Below are positions 18,201 through 27,565 of a DNA stretch of 64,000 nt, in pieces. The notes under the pieces were generated by a model that was given only the letters and a program-made list of their open reading frames with translations, searched no databases and was not told where the DNA came from. The position numbers and the translations under genes are program-made. Numbering within the stretch: position 1 is the stretch's first letter; each line of letters starts with the position of its first letter. Source of the DNA: Bacteroidota bacterium (GTDB taxonomy: Bacteria > Bacteroidota > Bacteroidia > NS11-12g > UBA9320); assembly GCA_947468275.1 (NCBI GenBank), contig CANIKO010000003.1, positions 157,193-221,192 on the forward strand. The letters are read 5' to 3'.

Positions 18201-20128
18201 CCGGCGTTGGTACCTGTAACGATATGAGCCAAGGCGCGGCTCTCGTCGTTAGTTTCTTCACCGTTCATAAAGATCCTTTCTTGAGTGCCAAGGCTTGTTT
18301 TAGCATTATAGAAAGCTGAGACTGCAGGTAAATCTGCCGAGCAGAATCTTCCAAATGCAGCCAAAGTTGAAGGATTTGCAGAATTATAAGTCTTATATGA
18401 TTTGCTAATAGTGTCCCATAGATTAATGTTTTTCATCAGATCGCTCCCACTAACAATACTAAGGTTGTTTTTATTAATTACCCATTTTGAAATAAAAGAC
18501 CCTTTTGATCCATGAGCTCGGGCAATTCCAAGAGTGTTTATGAATTCATGGTTCATTAATACTGTAAATGTTCCGTTTCCATTATCAAAAGCACCCAATC
18601 CATCAGGAGTACCTGCCATTTTATAATTACCGATTGAATCACCGGTGCTTAGTATCGAAGTTGTTTTTACACCAGGAGCTATTGGTTCAAGATAAGGAGA
18701 TCTTGAACTATTCGGGCCAGTTTGTGTTAATGGCCCATAACTGAAGTTTGAATATTTATTAGAAGCACCTAAGGAATATATTTTAAAACCTGAGATGTCA
18801 TTTGCTTGAATGTTATATGAAATAACTCCATAAGAAGTTTGGGCAGGAATAAGAAATGTGTAAGTATTTCCTGAAATAGTAGGAATGATAGCGGTTCTAA
18901 CAACACCATTCACATTATAGTTTAACTGTGCGGATGTTACTGCTATATTGTCTTTAATGGTTGCTATAAGTGTAAATGGGCCTACCGAAGTAGAATTAGA
19001 ATACTGAGTATGGTTAATTGTAGGGTTCACATTGATATTGTAAGAAGTTCTAAGCGTTGTAGGATTGCTTGGAGTGGCAGCTGTATAAGATGCAGCAGTC
19101 ATTACTGCATCACGTCCCATATTTTTAACATCCACTGAATCATTGGACCAAACATTTACAACCACATACCCAAAATAAGCATTTGGAGCAGAAGCAAACA
19201 ATGGCTCAACAAGACTTCCTCCATTTCCTGCAATTATTTGCCAGGTTTTAGAGGAATGTGGCTGAATAGAATCTGAAGCATGAATATGAGCAGAAAAATA
19301 TGCGTCAGCTTGATATTTCTCCATATTTGTCCAAAAACTATCGCGTTGCACTAAATTATTCTCCAACCCGTCAGCAGTTGTTTTAAAATGACCTGTATAG
19401 GCTGGTTTATGACCAATCCCAAATATATGACGAGCGCCTTTTAACCGTGCATTTTTTATATCATTTGCTATCCATTTATAAGATGCCTTACCATCTCTTC
19501 CCACCGGGTCAGTATTAACAATAACAAAATGGTCATTATTAAAATCAAAAGAATAAGTAAGTTTACTTTGGTCGGTAATTAAACTGTCGGTACCGGCAAT
19601 CAGACCGGTTGCAACAGGACCATTACTGCCTATAATGTACTTTCCCATTACTCTGATAAAAGTTCTTTCTGCAGCAACAAATGAAACTTTACCTGCGGCC
19701 TTGTCTTGGGTTTCATGATTTCCTTGAATGGCTACAAGTTGAACGGAAGTATTAAATAGGGGGGAAGCTTTATATAGGCTCAACCAATTTGTTAATTGTT
19801 TTTCAAGTTTTAAAGTGTCCTTTTCGTATCCTAAAACCATGTCACCTGCAAAAAATAAGTATTTTGGGAGTGGATTCATCTGAGACACTTCCTGAAACAT
19901 TCTGTTCAACTGATACACATTTGCTGTAGAAGGATTGCCTAATGTGTCTGCTGGATCTACCCGATTGCATCCACTAACAATAAATTTGTAATCAAGTTTC
20001 GTTTGGGCCTTTAATTCTGTAAGTGAAAAAACTAGAATTAAACATTTTAGAATAATTGGTAATAATTTTTTTATCATAGTTGTTTTTTTAAGAGTACAAA
20101 AAGAGACATTCGATGTTACCAAATTCAT
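15266..20128 (-). CDS. T9SS-secreted multidomain phosphoesterase. Order: signal peptide, calcineurin-like metallophosphoesterase domain, Ig/fn3-like region, two tandem ~475-aa beta-propeller-like repeats (family uncertain; PhoX/DUF839-like or phytase-like), ASH-like beta-sandwich, T9SS CTD.
   Basis: Signal 'MIKKLLPIILKCLILVFSLTELKAQ'. Phosphoesterase motifs 'GDMV', 'GNHE', 'GHKP', 'AHIHA'. Two ~85%-identical units begin 'GDSIGNYKMAGTPDGLG(A/T)FDNGNGTFT(V/L)LMNHEF' and carry 'FSRPEDGAWDP'. C-terminus 'MVYPNPNNTGTLNF...GIYLLKTSDG' is a Por_Secre_tail. Confidence 0.8.
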   Translation of the reverse strand: MNLVTSNVSFCTLKKTTMIKKLLPIILKCLILVFSLTELKAQTKLDYKFIVSGCNRVDPADTLGNPSTANVYQLNRMFQEVSQMNPLPKYLFFAGDMVLGYEKDTLKLEKQLTNWLSLYKASPLFNTSVQLVAIQGNHETQDKAAGKVSFVAAERTFIRVMGKYIIGSNGPVATGLIAGTDSLITDQSKLTYSFDFNNDHFVIVNTDPVGRDGKASYKWIANDIKNARLKGARHIFGIGHKPAYTGHFKTTADGLENNLVQRDSFWTNMEKYQADAYFSAHIHASDSIQPHSSKTWQIIAGNGGSLVEPLFASAPNAYFGYVVVNVWSNDSVDVKNMGRDAVMTAASYTAATPSNPTTLRTSYNINVNPTINHTQYSNSTSVGPFTLIATIKDNIAVTSAQLNYNVNGVVRTAIIPTISGNTYTFLIPAQTSYGVISYNIQANDISGFKIYSLGASNKYSNFSYGPLTQTGPNSSRSPYLEPIAPGVKTTSILSTGDSIGNYKMAGTPDGLGAFDNGNGTFTVLMNHEFINTLGIARAHGSKGSFISKWVINKNNLSIVSGSDLMKNINLWDTISKSYKTYNSANPSTLAAFGRFCSADLPAVSAFYNAKTSLGTQERIFMNGEETNDESRALAHIVTGTNAGNSYELPALGKAAWENAIASPYSGDKTVVGLTNDGTDGQVYFYIGTKTNAGTEIEKAGLTNGRPWGVKVVGFAAERTSTTSNVALPAAGTRFSVVDLGVVTNMSGAAFNATSNTLGITKFSRPEDGAWDPSVPNDFYFNTTDQIDQVMDGVGTLIGRSRVWRLHFDDISKPEQGGTIEAVLDGTEGQNMLDNMTIDKFSHILLQEDVGNSVHNGKIWEYNIKTDKITKIAKHDASRFGDVGIAATAPFNVDEESSGIIDVQDILGAGMFLTVDQAHYTMSTELVEGGQLLTLFNPNTLNSFLGATPFSSQSPFIVPIAAGVTVKSIISAGDSIGNYKMAGTPDGLGTFDNGNGTFTLLMNHEFLNNMGVSRAHGSKGSFISKWVINKNDLSVISGGDLIKNVNLWDTTTKSYKTYNSSNTSALAAFGRFCSADLPPVSAFYNSITKLGTQERIFMNGEETNDESRALAHIVTGANAGTTYELPALGKAAWENAVAAPNTGNKTVVALTNDGTDGQVYFYIGTKTNTGTEIEKAGLTSGKPYGVQVSGFAAERTSSTSNIALPIPGTRFSLVDLGFVQNMTGIAFNLASNTAGVTKFSRPEDGAWDPSNLRDFYFNTTDQLDQVTDGVGTLIGRSRVWRLRFDDINRPELGGSIEAVLDGTEGQNMLDNMAIDHFGHILLNEDVGNAAHNGKVWEYTIATDKLTLLAKHDVSRFGDIGIAPTTPYNVDEETSGIIDVQDILGAGMFLFVDQAHYTMSTELVEGGQLLALFNPDTKLANPKIAVVGNNVYIAKGDASPIYIDNTDFGSVEKGKSKLQNFEIKNAGPGTLKVNAIRFTGENELEFSLISPSSFPINIPVNASQTISVQFEPKSLGGKVASIMILNNDFDLPEFDYVLQGFGVVNTSIANIDGKKNKLMVYPNPNNTGTLNFSTTISLEIFDYTGKLIKTGAMVNEINVSDMVKGIYLLKTSDGETKKFIIQ
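15883..18730 (-). repeat. Intragenic tandem duplication of a ~1.42-kb (~475-aa) module. Units lie at roughly 15883..17308 and 17308..18730, with about 85-90% nt identity.
   Basis: For example 'caactgaccgccttcaaccaattcagttgacat(t/a)gtataatg(t/a)gcttgatcaac' occurs near 15900 and again near 17335. The protein-level repeat is visible in the ORF translation. Boundaries are approximate. Confidence 0.75.
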
Positions 20129-20209
20129 TTATTCAAATTATGGTTTGGTGATTAGAATGTTAAAAATGTTATCTTAAATTTAACAAGTGATTTAAAAGTT
20201 ACTGATAAT

Positions 20210-21298
20210 TTAAAATGAAATAGCAAGCGAAGTGGTTATAAAATAGTTCTTGTTAGAATTGGAATTGAAATTTTTTTCTTTACTGGATAATATTCTTCCT
20301 TCTATTCGGAATAGGCTATTTTCAGAGAGTACATAATCAAAGTTAGAGGAGTAGCCGAAGGTTTGAAATCCTTTTACACTAGAAATAATGACTCCATTTT
20401 TATCTGAATAATACTCGGCTCGTGCCGCTATGCTGGTTTTTGATGTTGGTGCATATTTTATAATTAAAACTGGCGAATACCATTTATCAAAACCTGAAAT
20501 CGTGTTTAAAATTCCCCTGTGCTGTTGAATCCCAATATCAAAACCTGCAATTAATCCTAGCTTTTTTGTAAGTTGAAATTGACCATAAAAATTATTAAAA
20601 TAGCGCCATTTTGTAAGACTATTTGGTTGTTCATTTCCAATATATGTGCTCCAGTTTAATAAAGTATTTGTGCTAGGTTTATATGTAATTTGAGTTCCAA
20701 AAGCCGGTGTGTGATTATTCTTTATTTTTTGTATTCGTTGCCATCCATTAAGATAATAAATAGCTAAGTATAGTTTCTCATTATTTGAAGTATAATTAAG
20801 TCTAACTCCATTTTCATAAAATGGAGTGGTTTCAGAAAGAAGGCTACGTGTTAAATTCCAACAATCTTTCCCAATTGCACTCTCAAATCCAATATGTGAT
20901 GGCATAATTCCGGCATCTATCCAAAGATTATTTTTATTAGAAATTTTTACACCTGCATTCGCTTCAAAAATATTGCGCAAAAGTCGTTGTTCATTTGCCA
21001 TATTATATTGAGGGTATGTTCCGGCCATAAATGCTAAGTTAGTCCTTACTTTTTTACTTGTATAATTAACCTTAACCATACCAATGTCTAAATTCACTTC
21101 ATTGTGTTTATTGAAATTATAAAAATACGGCTCTCGCAAATGGTTAGCTGGCTTACTGAAATCATAACAATAATAGGTTTCTAAATAACCTGATAAATGT
21201 AGGTTGTTTTTTTTTATTGTATCAGCATCTTGGGCTATAGCATGCTTGCATACCATAGTTAGTAGTATGTAAATGGCGGATTTTGAAATTGGGCTCAC
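20210..21298 (-). CDS. Putative outer-membrane beta-barrel protein or porin, specificity unknown.
   Basis: Signal peptide ending 'AIAQ'. Alternating aromatic/hydrophilic beta-strand pattern. C-terminal '...SLAISF' (terminal Phe). Confidence 0.45.
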   Translation of the reverse strand: MSPISKSAIYILLTMVCKHAIAQDADTIKKNNLHLSGYLETYYCYDFSKPANHLREPYFYNFNKHNEVNLDIGMVKVNYTSKKVRTNLAFMAGTYPQYNMANEQRLLRNIFEANAGVKISNKNNLWIDAGIMPSHIGFESAIGKDCWNLTRSLLSETTPFYENGVRLNYTSNNEKLYLAIYYLNGWQRIQKIKNNHTPAFGTQITYKPSTNTLLNWSTYIGNEQPNSLTKWRYFNNFYGQFQLTKKLGLIAGFDIGIQQHRGILNTISGFDKWYSPVLIIKYAPTSKTSIAARAEYYSDKNGVIISSVKGFQTFGYSSNFDYVLSENSLFRIEGRILSSKEKNFNSNSNKNYFITTSLAISF

Positions 21299-21386
21299 TT
21301 AGTTTTGAAAATATTATTCAAGATTAATACTTTAGAATAATATTTTACAGAGAAAGAAAATTGGAATTTATTTAATGTAAAAGATT

Positions 21387-22094
21387 TTAATTGTTTTGGT
21401 CCTCTAGTTTATAACCAACTCCTTTTATAGTTGAAATTAGTTTTTCGCCAATCTTTTCTCTTATTTTTCTTATATGCACATCTATGGTTCTATCAACAAC
21501 ATACACGTCATCGCCCCATACTTCAGAAAGGATTTTTTCTCTTGTAAAAACTTTTCCAGGCTTAGTTGCTAATAAAAATAAAAGATCAAATTCTTTTTTA
21601 GGTAAAATTAACTTTTTCTCTCCAATAGAAATGGAATATGACGAGCGGTCAATTATTAAATCACCAACCGTTAGAATTGTTTGCTCGTAATCAGGGTTTT
21701 TACCACGCTTCAGCATTGCTTTTATTCGGCTTAAAAGTACACGTGGCTTTATTGGTTTATTGATATAATCATCCGCCCCTGCTTCAAATCCTGCTATTTC
21801 AGAATATTCTTCGGAACGAGCGGTTAAAAAAATTATAAAGATATTTTTGGTGTCCGGTTGTAATTTTATTTGACGACATGCCTCTATGCCATCCATTACC
21901 GGCATCATTACATCCATCAAAATAAGTTCCGGTTTAAAAGATTTTGCCTTTTGAATCGCTTCTATACCATTAGCAGCAGTTTCCACTTGGTAGTCTTCAC
22001 GATCGAGCAAATATTTAATGAATTCAAGAATATCAGGTTCATCATCAACAATCAGTATTTTAGGGGGCATATTATTTTTTAAACCTTTCATCAA
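21387..22094 (-). CDS. OmpR/PhoB-family two-component response regulator (receiver domain plus winged-helix).
   Basis: 'KILIVDDEPDILEF', 'LILMDVMMPVMDGIEAC', 'LTARSEE', 'AGADDYINKP', then 'LILPKKEFDLLFLLATKPGKVFTREKIL...VDRTIDVHIRKIREKI'. Confidence 0.85.
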   Translation of the reverse strand: MMKGLKNNMPPKILIVDDEPDILEFIKYLLDREDYQVETAANGIEAIQKAKSFKPELILMDVMMPVMDGIEACRQIKLQPDTKNIFIIFLTARSEEYSEIAGFEAGADDYINKPIKPRVLLSRIKAMLKRGKNPDYEQTILTVGDLIIDRSSYSISIGEKKLILPKKEFDLLFLLATKPGKVFTREKILSEVWGDDVYVVDRTIDVHIRKIREKIGEKLISTIKGVGYKLEDQNN

Positions 22095-22143
22095 AATTCG
22101 CCTCCTAAAATTAACTGTACGTTATGAACATATTACTACAATA

Positions 22144-23406
22144 TTACTTTAATAATTCCGATAATTTAGCTTCCAATTCCTCACCTCTTAAACCTTTTGC
22201 AACTATTCTACCGCTTTTGTCAAGTAATACCGTGAATGGAATAGAACTAACTTGGTAAGTTTTGGCAGCTGAATTTTGCCACCCCCCTAAGTCGCTAACG
22301 TGTTTCCAAGTAAGGCCATCTTTTGCAATTGCAGCTCTCCATTTATCAGCATTATCATCTAATGAAACACCTAATATTTCAAATCCTTTACTTTTGTATA
22401 TATTATAAAGTCTTACAACATTAGGGTTTTCTTTTCGACATGGCCCGCACCAGGATGCCCAAAAATCAATTAATACCACTTTGCCTCGCAATGATGATAA
22501 TTTAATTTCGGTGCCTTCCAAGCTTTTTAAAGCTATTTCAGGAGCCATTCCACCTATTTCCAAAGGAGCAATAGATTCAATAGTGGTTTTTAATTCTTGG
22601 GTATATTTTGATAAAGGAATTGTAGCTTTCATTTTATTATAAGCTACTTGCATCAAACTAATATTAGGCTCTTGAAACAAAAATGTTACAGCATAGTAGG
22701 AGGCCGGGCTTCCTTCTTTAGTATTTAAAAAATTAGTAATATCATCCGTTCGGGTTTTTTGCATGGATTGAAACTTATTACCCACTGCAACTCTTAAGCT
22801 ATCCGTAACTGTAGTTGGGTCAATGGCTGATATTTCGCGGTTAAAATCTTGTAATTTTTTATCATTATTTGTATAAATATTATACAATTCGTTAAGTAAC
22901 TGATTTTGCTTATCCCCAATTAAGGTGTAGGTTACCCAACCTGAAATTTTAATAGCCAATGATAATTTTGAACTACTACCAAGTATTACAGGAACGCCAG
23001 GAGGTTTGTCTGAATTGAAAGAAATAAAGCAAATCGTAGGTTCAGTAATAGACGAAACTGTGAAACTGAAATTTCCTTTGGCATCAACTAATGCGCTATC
23101 GATAAGTTTAAATTCTTCTTTGGTTAACTCCTGAAGATATACAGACCGAATTGGCGTGCCCTCAATAGTTCCTTTTACAATGGTTTGAGTGGAAGCTTTT
23201 TCTGCACTGGTAAATTCAGGTGCAGATATGGATGGCGCAGCTAAAACTTCATTAAAGTCTTTATCTAATACTGCTTGTATCTTTGCTTCTGCGGGTGTAA
23301 GTAATTTTTCACTCTGGTTTTCAGGGCCTTTATTAGCACATGAAAGAACTAATACATTTAATAATGTGAATACCAGAAAAAATGGGTTTTTCATACTACA
23401 AACCAC
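22144..23406 (-). CDS. TlpA/ResA-family thiol-disulfide oxidoreductase lipoprotein (DUF4369-like N-domain plus thioredoxin fold).
   Basis: Lipobox 'VLSC'. Active site 'WASWCGPCRKENP'. Confidence 0.8.
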   Translation of the reverse strand: MVCSMKNPFFLVFTLLNVLVLSCANKGPENQSEKLLTPAEAKIQAVLDKDFNEVLAAPSISAPEFTSAEKASTQTIVKGTIEGTPIRSVYLQELTKEEFKLIDSALVDAKGNFSFTVSSITEPTICFISFNSDKPPGVPVILGSSSKLSLAIKISGWVTYTLIGDKQNQLLNELYNIYTNNDKKLQDFNREISAIDPTTVTDSLRVAVGNKFQSMQKTRTDDITNFLNTKEGSPASYYAVTFLFQEPNISLMQVAYNKMKATIPLSKYTQELKTTIESIAPLEIGGMAPEIALKSLEGTEIKLSSLRGKVVLIDFWASWCGPCRKENPNVVRLYNIYKSKGFEILGVSLDDNADKWRAAIAKDGLTWKHVSDLGGWQNSAAKTYQVSSIPFTVLLDKSGRIVAKGLRGEELEAKLSELLK

Positions 23407-23506
23407 GCTAAAAAATTAATAGTATACAAATTTCTTACTCCACATTACTGACATCTTAATTGTTCAAATTGTTTTTAGGCCAAAACTATAGGCTGTAAAA
23501 ACTGTT

Positions 23507-24220
23507 TTATAACAGTTGTTTTTTGTAAAGTTGAATGGTGTTGTGAAGCCCTAAATAAAGGCTGTCGCAAATAAGAGCATGGCCAATTGAAACCTCTAAA
23601 AGGCTTGGAATATTGTGTTTGAAATAATGTAGGTTATCAAGGCTAAGATCGTGACCGGCATTTATTCCAAGTCCAAGTTCATTAGCAATTTTTGAAGCTT
23701 TTACATAATCAGCAATAGCGGCTTCAGGGTTGATTGGATAATTTACTGCATAATGCTCGGTATAAAATTCAATTCTGTCGGTTCCTGTATCTTTTGCTCC
23801 GTATACTTGCTCGGCTATTGGGTCTAAAAAAATAGAAGTCCGTATTCCTTTGGAATGAAATTGGGCTATTACTTCTTTTAAAAAAACGTTATGTTTAATG
23901 GTATCCCAGCCAGCGTTGCTAGTAATAGCATCGGGTGCATCGGGCACTAAAGTCACCTGTTCCGGTTTTACTTTTAGCACTAAATCAATAAAATCCTGTG
24001 TTGGATTTCCTTCAATGTTAAACTCGGTATAAACCACATACCTCAACTTTACAACATCATCATATCTAATATGTCGCTCATCGGGCCGGGGGTGAACCGT
24101 TATTCCTTCGGCTCCAAAATTTTGACAATCGATGGCTACCTTTATAATGTCGGGATTATTGCCTCCGCGAGCATTGCGAATGGTGGCTATTTTATTGATA
24201 TTTACGCTGAGTTTGGTCAT
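23507..24220 (-). CDS. pdxJ: Pyridoxine 5'-phosphate synthase.
   Basis: '[21 protein letters not shown]', 'HPRPDERHI', 'EFNIEGNP', 'NAGHDL'. Length 237 aa. Confidence 0.9.
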   Translation of the reverse strand: MTKLSVNINKIATIRNARGGNNPDIIKVAIDCQNFGAEGITVHPRPDERHIRYDDVVKLRYVVYTEFNIEGNPTQDFIDLVLKVKPEQVTLVPDAPDAITSNAGWDTIKHNVFLKEVIAQFHSKGIRTSIFLDPIAEQVYGAKDTGTDRIEFYTEHYAVNYPINPEAAIADYVKASKIANELGLGINAGHDLSLDNLHYFKHNIPSLLEVSIGHALICDSLYLGLHNTIQLYKKQLL

Positions 24221-24238
24221 TATTTTTGCTGCACAAAA

Positions 24239-26290
24239 TTAACGAAACCCATAGCTTATCAATAGATTAATTTCGTGTAAATTATTGGAGTTGACGGTGG
24301 AATATGCGCTGCCAATAGTTTTTCGGTCGTAGTAGGTTGTAAAAGCATATCGACATTGGATAAACATGTTTTTGTATTTATACTTTGCTAGGGCATAAAT
24401 TTTTGAGCCTGAGCCGCTGAAACCTGGCACCGACCAACTGTATAAAACGTCATTCTCCACGGCATAAATTCGTGCATTAAAATTGTTAACATTAAAAAAA
24501 GCAACCCGTGATGTGAAAGAAAAAGGGGAGTTAAATTGGCGGTAAATAAAATCCAGATACATTAAATTTCCGGTATGCTTGATTTTTTCAGGAGTTATAT
24601 ATTTCGAAAATTCTAAACGCATTTTTAAGGATACTGTTGATGATATTTTAAACTCGGAATGAAACCGTAAATTGGTTTTTTCATACCAGTTCAAGCCATT
24701 ATAATTTGCTAAATCAGAATTCATTAATTCTTGCTTAGTCCTTAGTCGCACATAGAACATGGATGATTTATTGGGTTTAAAATTTAGCTCTGTTAAATAG
24801 TCAATTCCTTTGCCGCGGCCATCGGCATAAAAACTATACCACGGCAGTTTATAGCTATCAACAAATCCTGAAATTAAAAGTTTTTTTGAAGGGTTTATAT
24901 TAAATCCAATATAGGTTCCTTGCTCGTTATTAGGATTACTGTTTTCGGAAAATGCGTTCGTGTTATACCAAATAAACGTTTTTGAATAATACCGGTTGGC
25001 AATGACTAAATCGATGGTGTTGGCAAGGCTTATAAATGCTCCGGCAATATACCCGTTGGCGTGGTTGCTGCCAGTGGTTGCTTCGCCAAAAAAGTTGATA
25101 TTTTTAAAGTAATAATCCCAATTAAAGCCGGTTTTAAAATATTGCTTTCCCGAATAATAATACCGGTTATAAATTTTATCATCAAGTGTTAGCGGTTTAT
25201 CAAAAGCATTGAAAACGCCAGTTAATCCTAGTATCAGGCTTTTTCCTTTGTAGGTTATGTTTTGCCCGGCAAGGGTTTTTATCACGCTTTTTTCCTTACC
25301 TATTTCTGAAGTGGAACGATGGTAGCCATCAGTTATAAATGATTTAGAAATTGTTTCCAACCCATTTGAGGAGCTAATCGTATCTGTCGAGGCATCAATT
25401 TTATGGCGCGAAATAAATGAAGTAGATTCAAGATTTTTGTAACCATACGTCACCCCCGCACCTCTTAAAAATTCATTTTCGTTAAACGAACGATACGGTC
25501 TCAATCCTGAATTGAATCGTTTTATATTCATTACTAACGCTGATTTTCCAAATCCTAAACCGCTTGATAACGTTAAGCCTTGACCAAAAGAAGCCTGAAA
25601 ATCACCCAATGCAATTTTTTGCAAAAAACCTTGTTTAGAAATATAAAAATGAGCAGAATAGTAATCAAATCCCATTCGATTACTTCCAATAAAAAAATCT
25701 TCTCCTTCGTCCTTTTCAGCATTAAAGCCATATTGAACTGAATTCTTGTAATTGGCTCTAAATCTCATTTGATAACGATAGGGTGAACCCGGATAATAGA
25801 GCGAAGAATCCTTTGTGAAAGTTTCATAACCCTTCGCCAATGGGCGTGAAGTTGATGTTAATCCTATCGCATCCTTTTTGGCATTTTTTATTTGTTGCCT
25901 TAGTTTTGTTAAATCTAAATGAGTGTCTTCAATAGTTAAAATTGGTAGTAGTTTTATCACGGTCTCTGGATGGATTTCATCAATTGTTTGAATTTCCAAA
26001 ACGGAAATAAACGCTCCGAATTCTAATCTGTGTTTTATTATAGCCCTAACCTGTGTTGGAGTTAAAATATTTAATGAAAGCAATTCAAAAGTTGTGGCTT
26101 TATTTAGATTCAATTTTTTGTTTATTCCATAATTTAATTGATCTACCAAGTCGTTATAATCTCCGGCTTGGTCAGTATTTTCAATATATTTTTCAAGCTT
26201 TTTTAGCTGTTCGTCGTCAGACTGAGCGTTAGCCAAGAATGGAATTTGCGAAAGCAATGCCAGAGCAAAAAAACGTTTAAAGTTTTTCAT
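24239..26290 (-). CDS. Secreted protein with an N-terminal ComEA-like helix-hairpin-helix domain followed by a large predicted outer-membrane beta-barrel.
   Basis: Signal 'FLANAQS'. HhH 'LNLNKATTFELLSLNILTPTQVRAIIKHRLEFGAFISVLEI'. The C-terminal ~550 aa are rich in Y/G/F/N with amphipathic strand periodicity. The start overlaps the upstream gene (ATGA). Confidence 0.5.
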   Translation of the reverse strand: MKNFKRFFALALLSQIPFLANAQSDDEQLKKLEKYIENTDQAGDYNDLVDQLNYGINKKLNLNKATTFELLSLNILTPTQVRAIIKHRLEFGAFISVLEIQTIDEIHPETVIKLLPILTIEDTHLDLTKLRQQIKNAKKDAIGLTSTSRPLAKGYETFTKDSSLYYPGSPYRYQMRFRANYKNSVQYGFNAEKDEGEDFFIGSNRMGFDYYSAHFYISKQGFLQKIALGDFQASFGQGLTLSSGLGFGKSALVMNIKRFNSGLRPYRSFNENEFLRGAGVTYGYKNLESTSFISRHKIDASTDTISSSNGLETISKSFITDGYHRSTSEIGKEKSVIKTLAGQNITYKGKSLILGLTGVFNAFDKPLTLDDKIYNRYYYSGKQYFKTGFNWDYYFKNINFFGEATTGSNHANGYIAGAFISLANTIDLVIANRYYSKTFIWYNTNAFSENSNPNNEQGTYIGFNINPSKKLLISGFVDSYKLPWYSFYADGRGKGIDYLTELNFKPNKSSMFYVRLRTKQELMNSDLANYNGLNWYEKTNLRFHSEFKISSTVSLKMRLEFSKYITPEKIKHTGNLMYLDFIYRQFNSPFSFTSRVAFFNVNNFNARIYAVENDVLYSWSVPGFSGSGSKIYALAKYKYKNMFIQCRYAFTTYYDRKTIGSAYSTVNSNNLHEINLLISYGFR

Positions 26291-27120
26291 TTCTTTGTGT
26301 TATTTGGACAAAAAGTTATTGCACCGGCTGAAATTGCATTTAAATAAGGATGCATCGCAAAAGCCAAATGGATGCAGATATCTTTTGAGGCATAACTAAT
26401 TCCAAAACATGGATTTGCAGGTTTATTATACATTCCTGCTCTTATATTTAATTTTTTTGATACCTGATAATTAATACCAACTTTTAGACTTCCATAGCTA
26501 TTCATTATTTGGTTCCACTCAGTCATTACAGATATTTTAGGAGTGGACTTATAAATAAGCGTGGTATTAGTTATAAATGGCAATCGTTCATCATTATAAC
26601 TTGCAAGAGGCACTCGGGCAGGATTTATAACTTGCATTGCAAAATCAAAATTTTTATTAAACGTAGTGTAGATTCCTGCCTCAAATGTCAATAAATTTTT
26701 TACGGGAAAGCTTTCCTTAGGTAATTGCAATCGTAAATAATCTAAACTTACTCCTCCACCAAAATGGGAAGAAAATTTTTTAGCCAACGATATTTTTAGT
26801 AAACCTTCATTATAGTATTGATTGCCTAAAAAGCTGTAGCCAATTCCCAAAATTAGATTTTGGTTGATTTTGTAATTTGCTGCGAGGCAGGCAGTGTTCA
26901 ACCCTTCCACAAAATAGTTAGATTGAAAACCGAATGAAACCGAATTGTTTTTTATAAAAGCTAACCCACCTTGATGATTGTATGCAGCAAACGGGTCATC
27001 TTTTACCGTTGATATTGCTCCCACCCCTAGTGAAACCGGTCCTTGCGAGGAAGGGAAAATCGTTGCTTTAGCAGAAAAAGCAAATGAAACCAAAAGCAAA
27101 ATAACTTTGTATCCTTGCAT
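26287..27120 (-). CDS. Small predicted outer-membrane beta-barrel protein of unknown function, co-operonic with the HhH-barrel gene.
   Basis: Signal 'LLLVSFAFSAKA'. Beta-strand-like composition. Its stop overlaps the downstream start by 4 nt. Confidence 0.4.
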   Translation of the reverse strand: MQGYKVILLLVSFAFSAKATIFPSSQGPVSLGVGAISTVKDDPFAAYNHQGGLAFIKNNSVSFGFQSNYFVEGLNTACLAANYKINQNLILGIGYSFLGNQYYNEGLLKISLAKKFSSHFGGGVSLDYLRLQLPKESFPVKNLLTFEAGIYTTFNKNFDFAMQVINPARVPLASYNDERLPFITNTTLIYKSTPKISVMTEWNQIMNSYGSLKVGINYQVSKKLNIRAGMYNKPANPCFGISYASKDICIHLAFAMHPYLNAISAGAITFCPNNTKK

Positions 27121-27232
27121 GGCATATGCAATTTACAAAAAAAATAAAATAACAACTACAATTAATTTTTACTTTTTTTTAGCACTTTAAAATACCATAA
27201 AAAAGGGGGCAGATACTGCAGGATTGTAAATT

Positions 27233-27565
27233 TTACAATTCCTCCCTGATTTCTACCAAAAATTGCCTAACTTTATTAAGCGATTCAAGAATAATCATGT
27301 TTTTTTCGGCAGGTACACGCTCTGATTTGATTTTTTCTTTGGCTCCCTGCAAGGTGAAGCCTTTTTCTTTGGTTAAAAAATAAATGAGCCTAATGGTTTC
27401 AATATCCGCCTTGGTATAGAGGCGATTGCCTTTTTTGTTTTTTTTAGGAGTTAGAACATCAAATTCTTTTTCCCAAAACCGCAATAATGAAGGTGCCAAA
27501 TTAAGCAGGGTGGTAACTTCGCCCATACTATAATATAATTTACTCGCTGATTCTTCCTCCTCCAT
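27233..27565 (-). CDS. MerR-family transcriptional regulator (small, 110 aa).
   Basis: 'YSMGEVTTLLNLAPSLLRFWEKEF...RLYTKADIETIRLIYFLTKEKGFTLQGA' is a MerR HTH. Confidence 0.75.
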   Translation of the reverse strand: MEEEESASKLYYSMGEVTTLLNLAPSLLRFWEKEFDVLTPKKNKKGNRLYTKADIETIRLIYFLTKEKGFTLQGAKEKIKSERVPAEKNMIILESLNKVRQFLVEIREEL

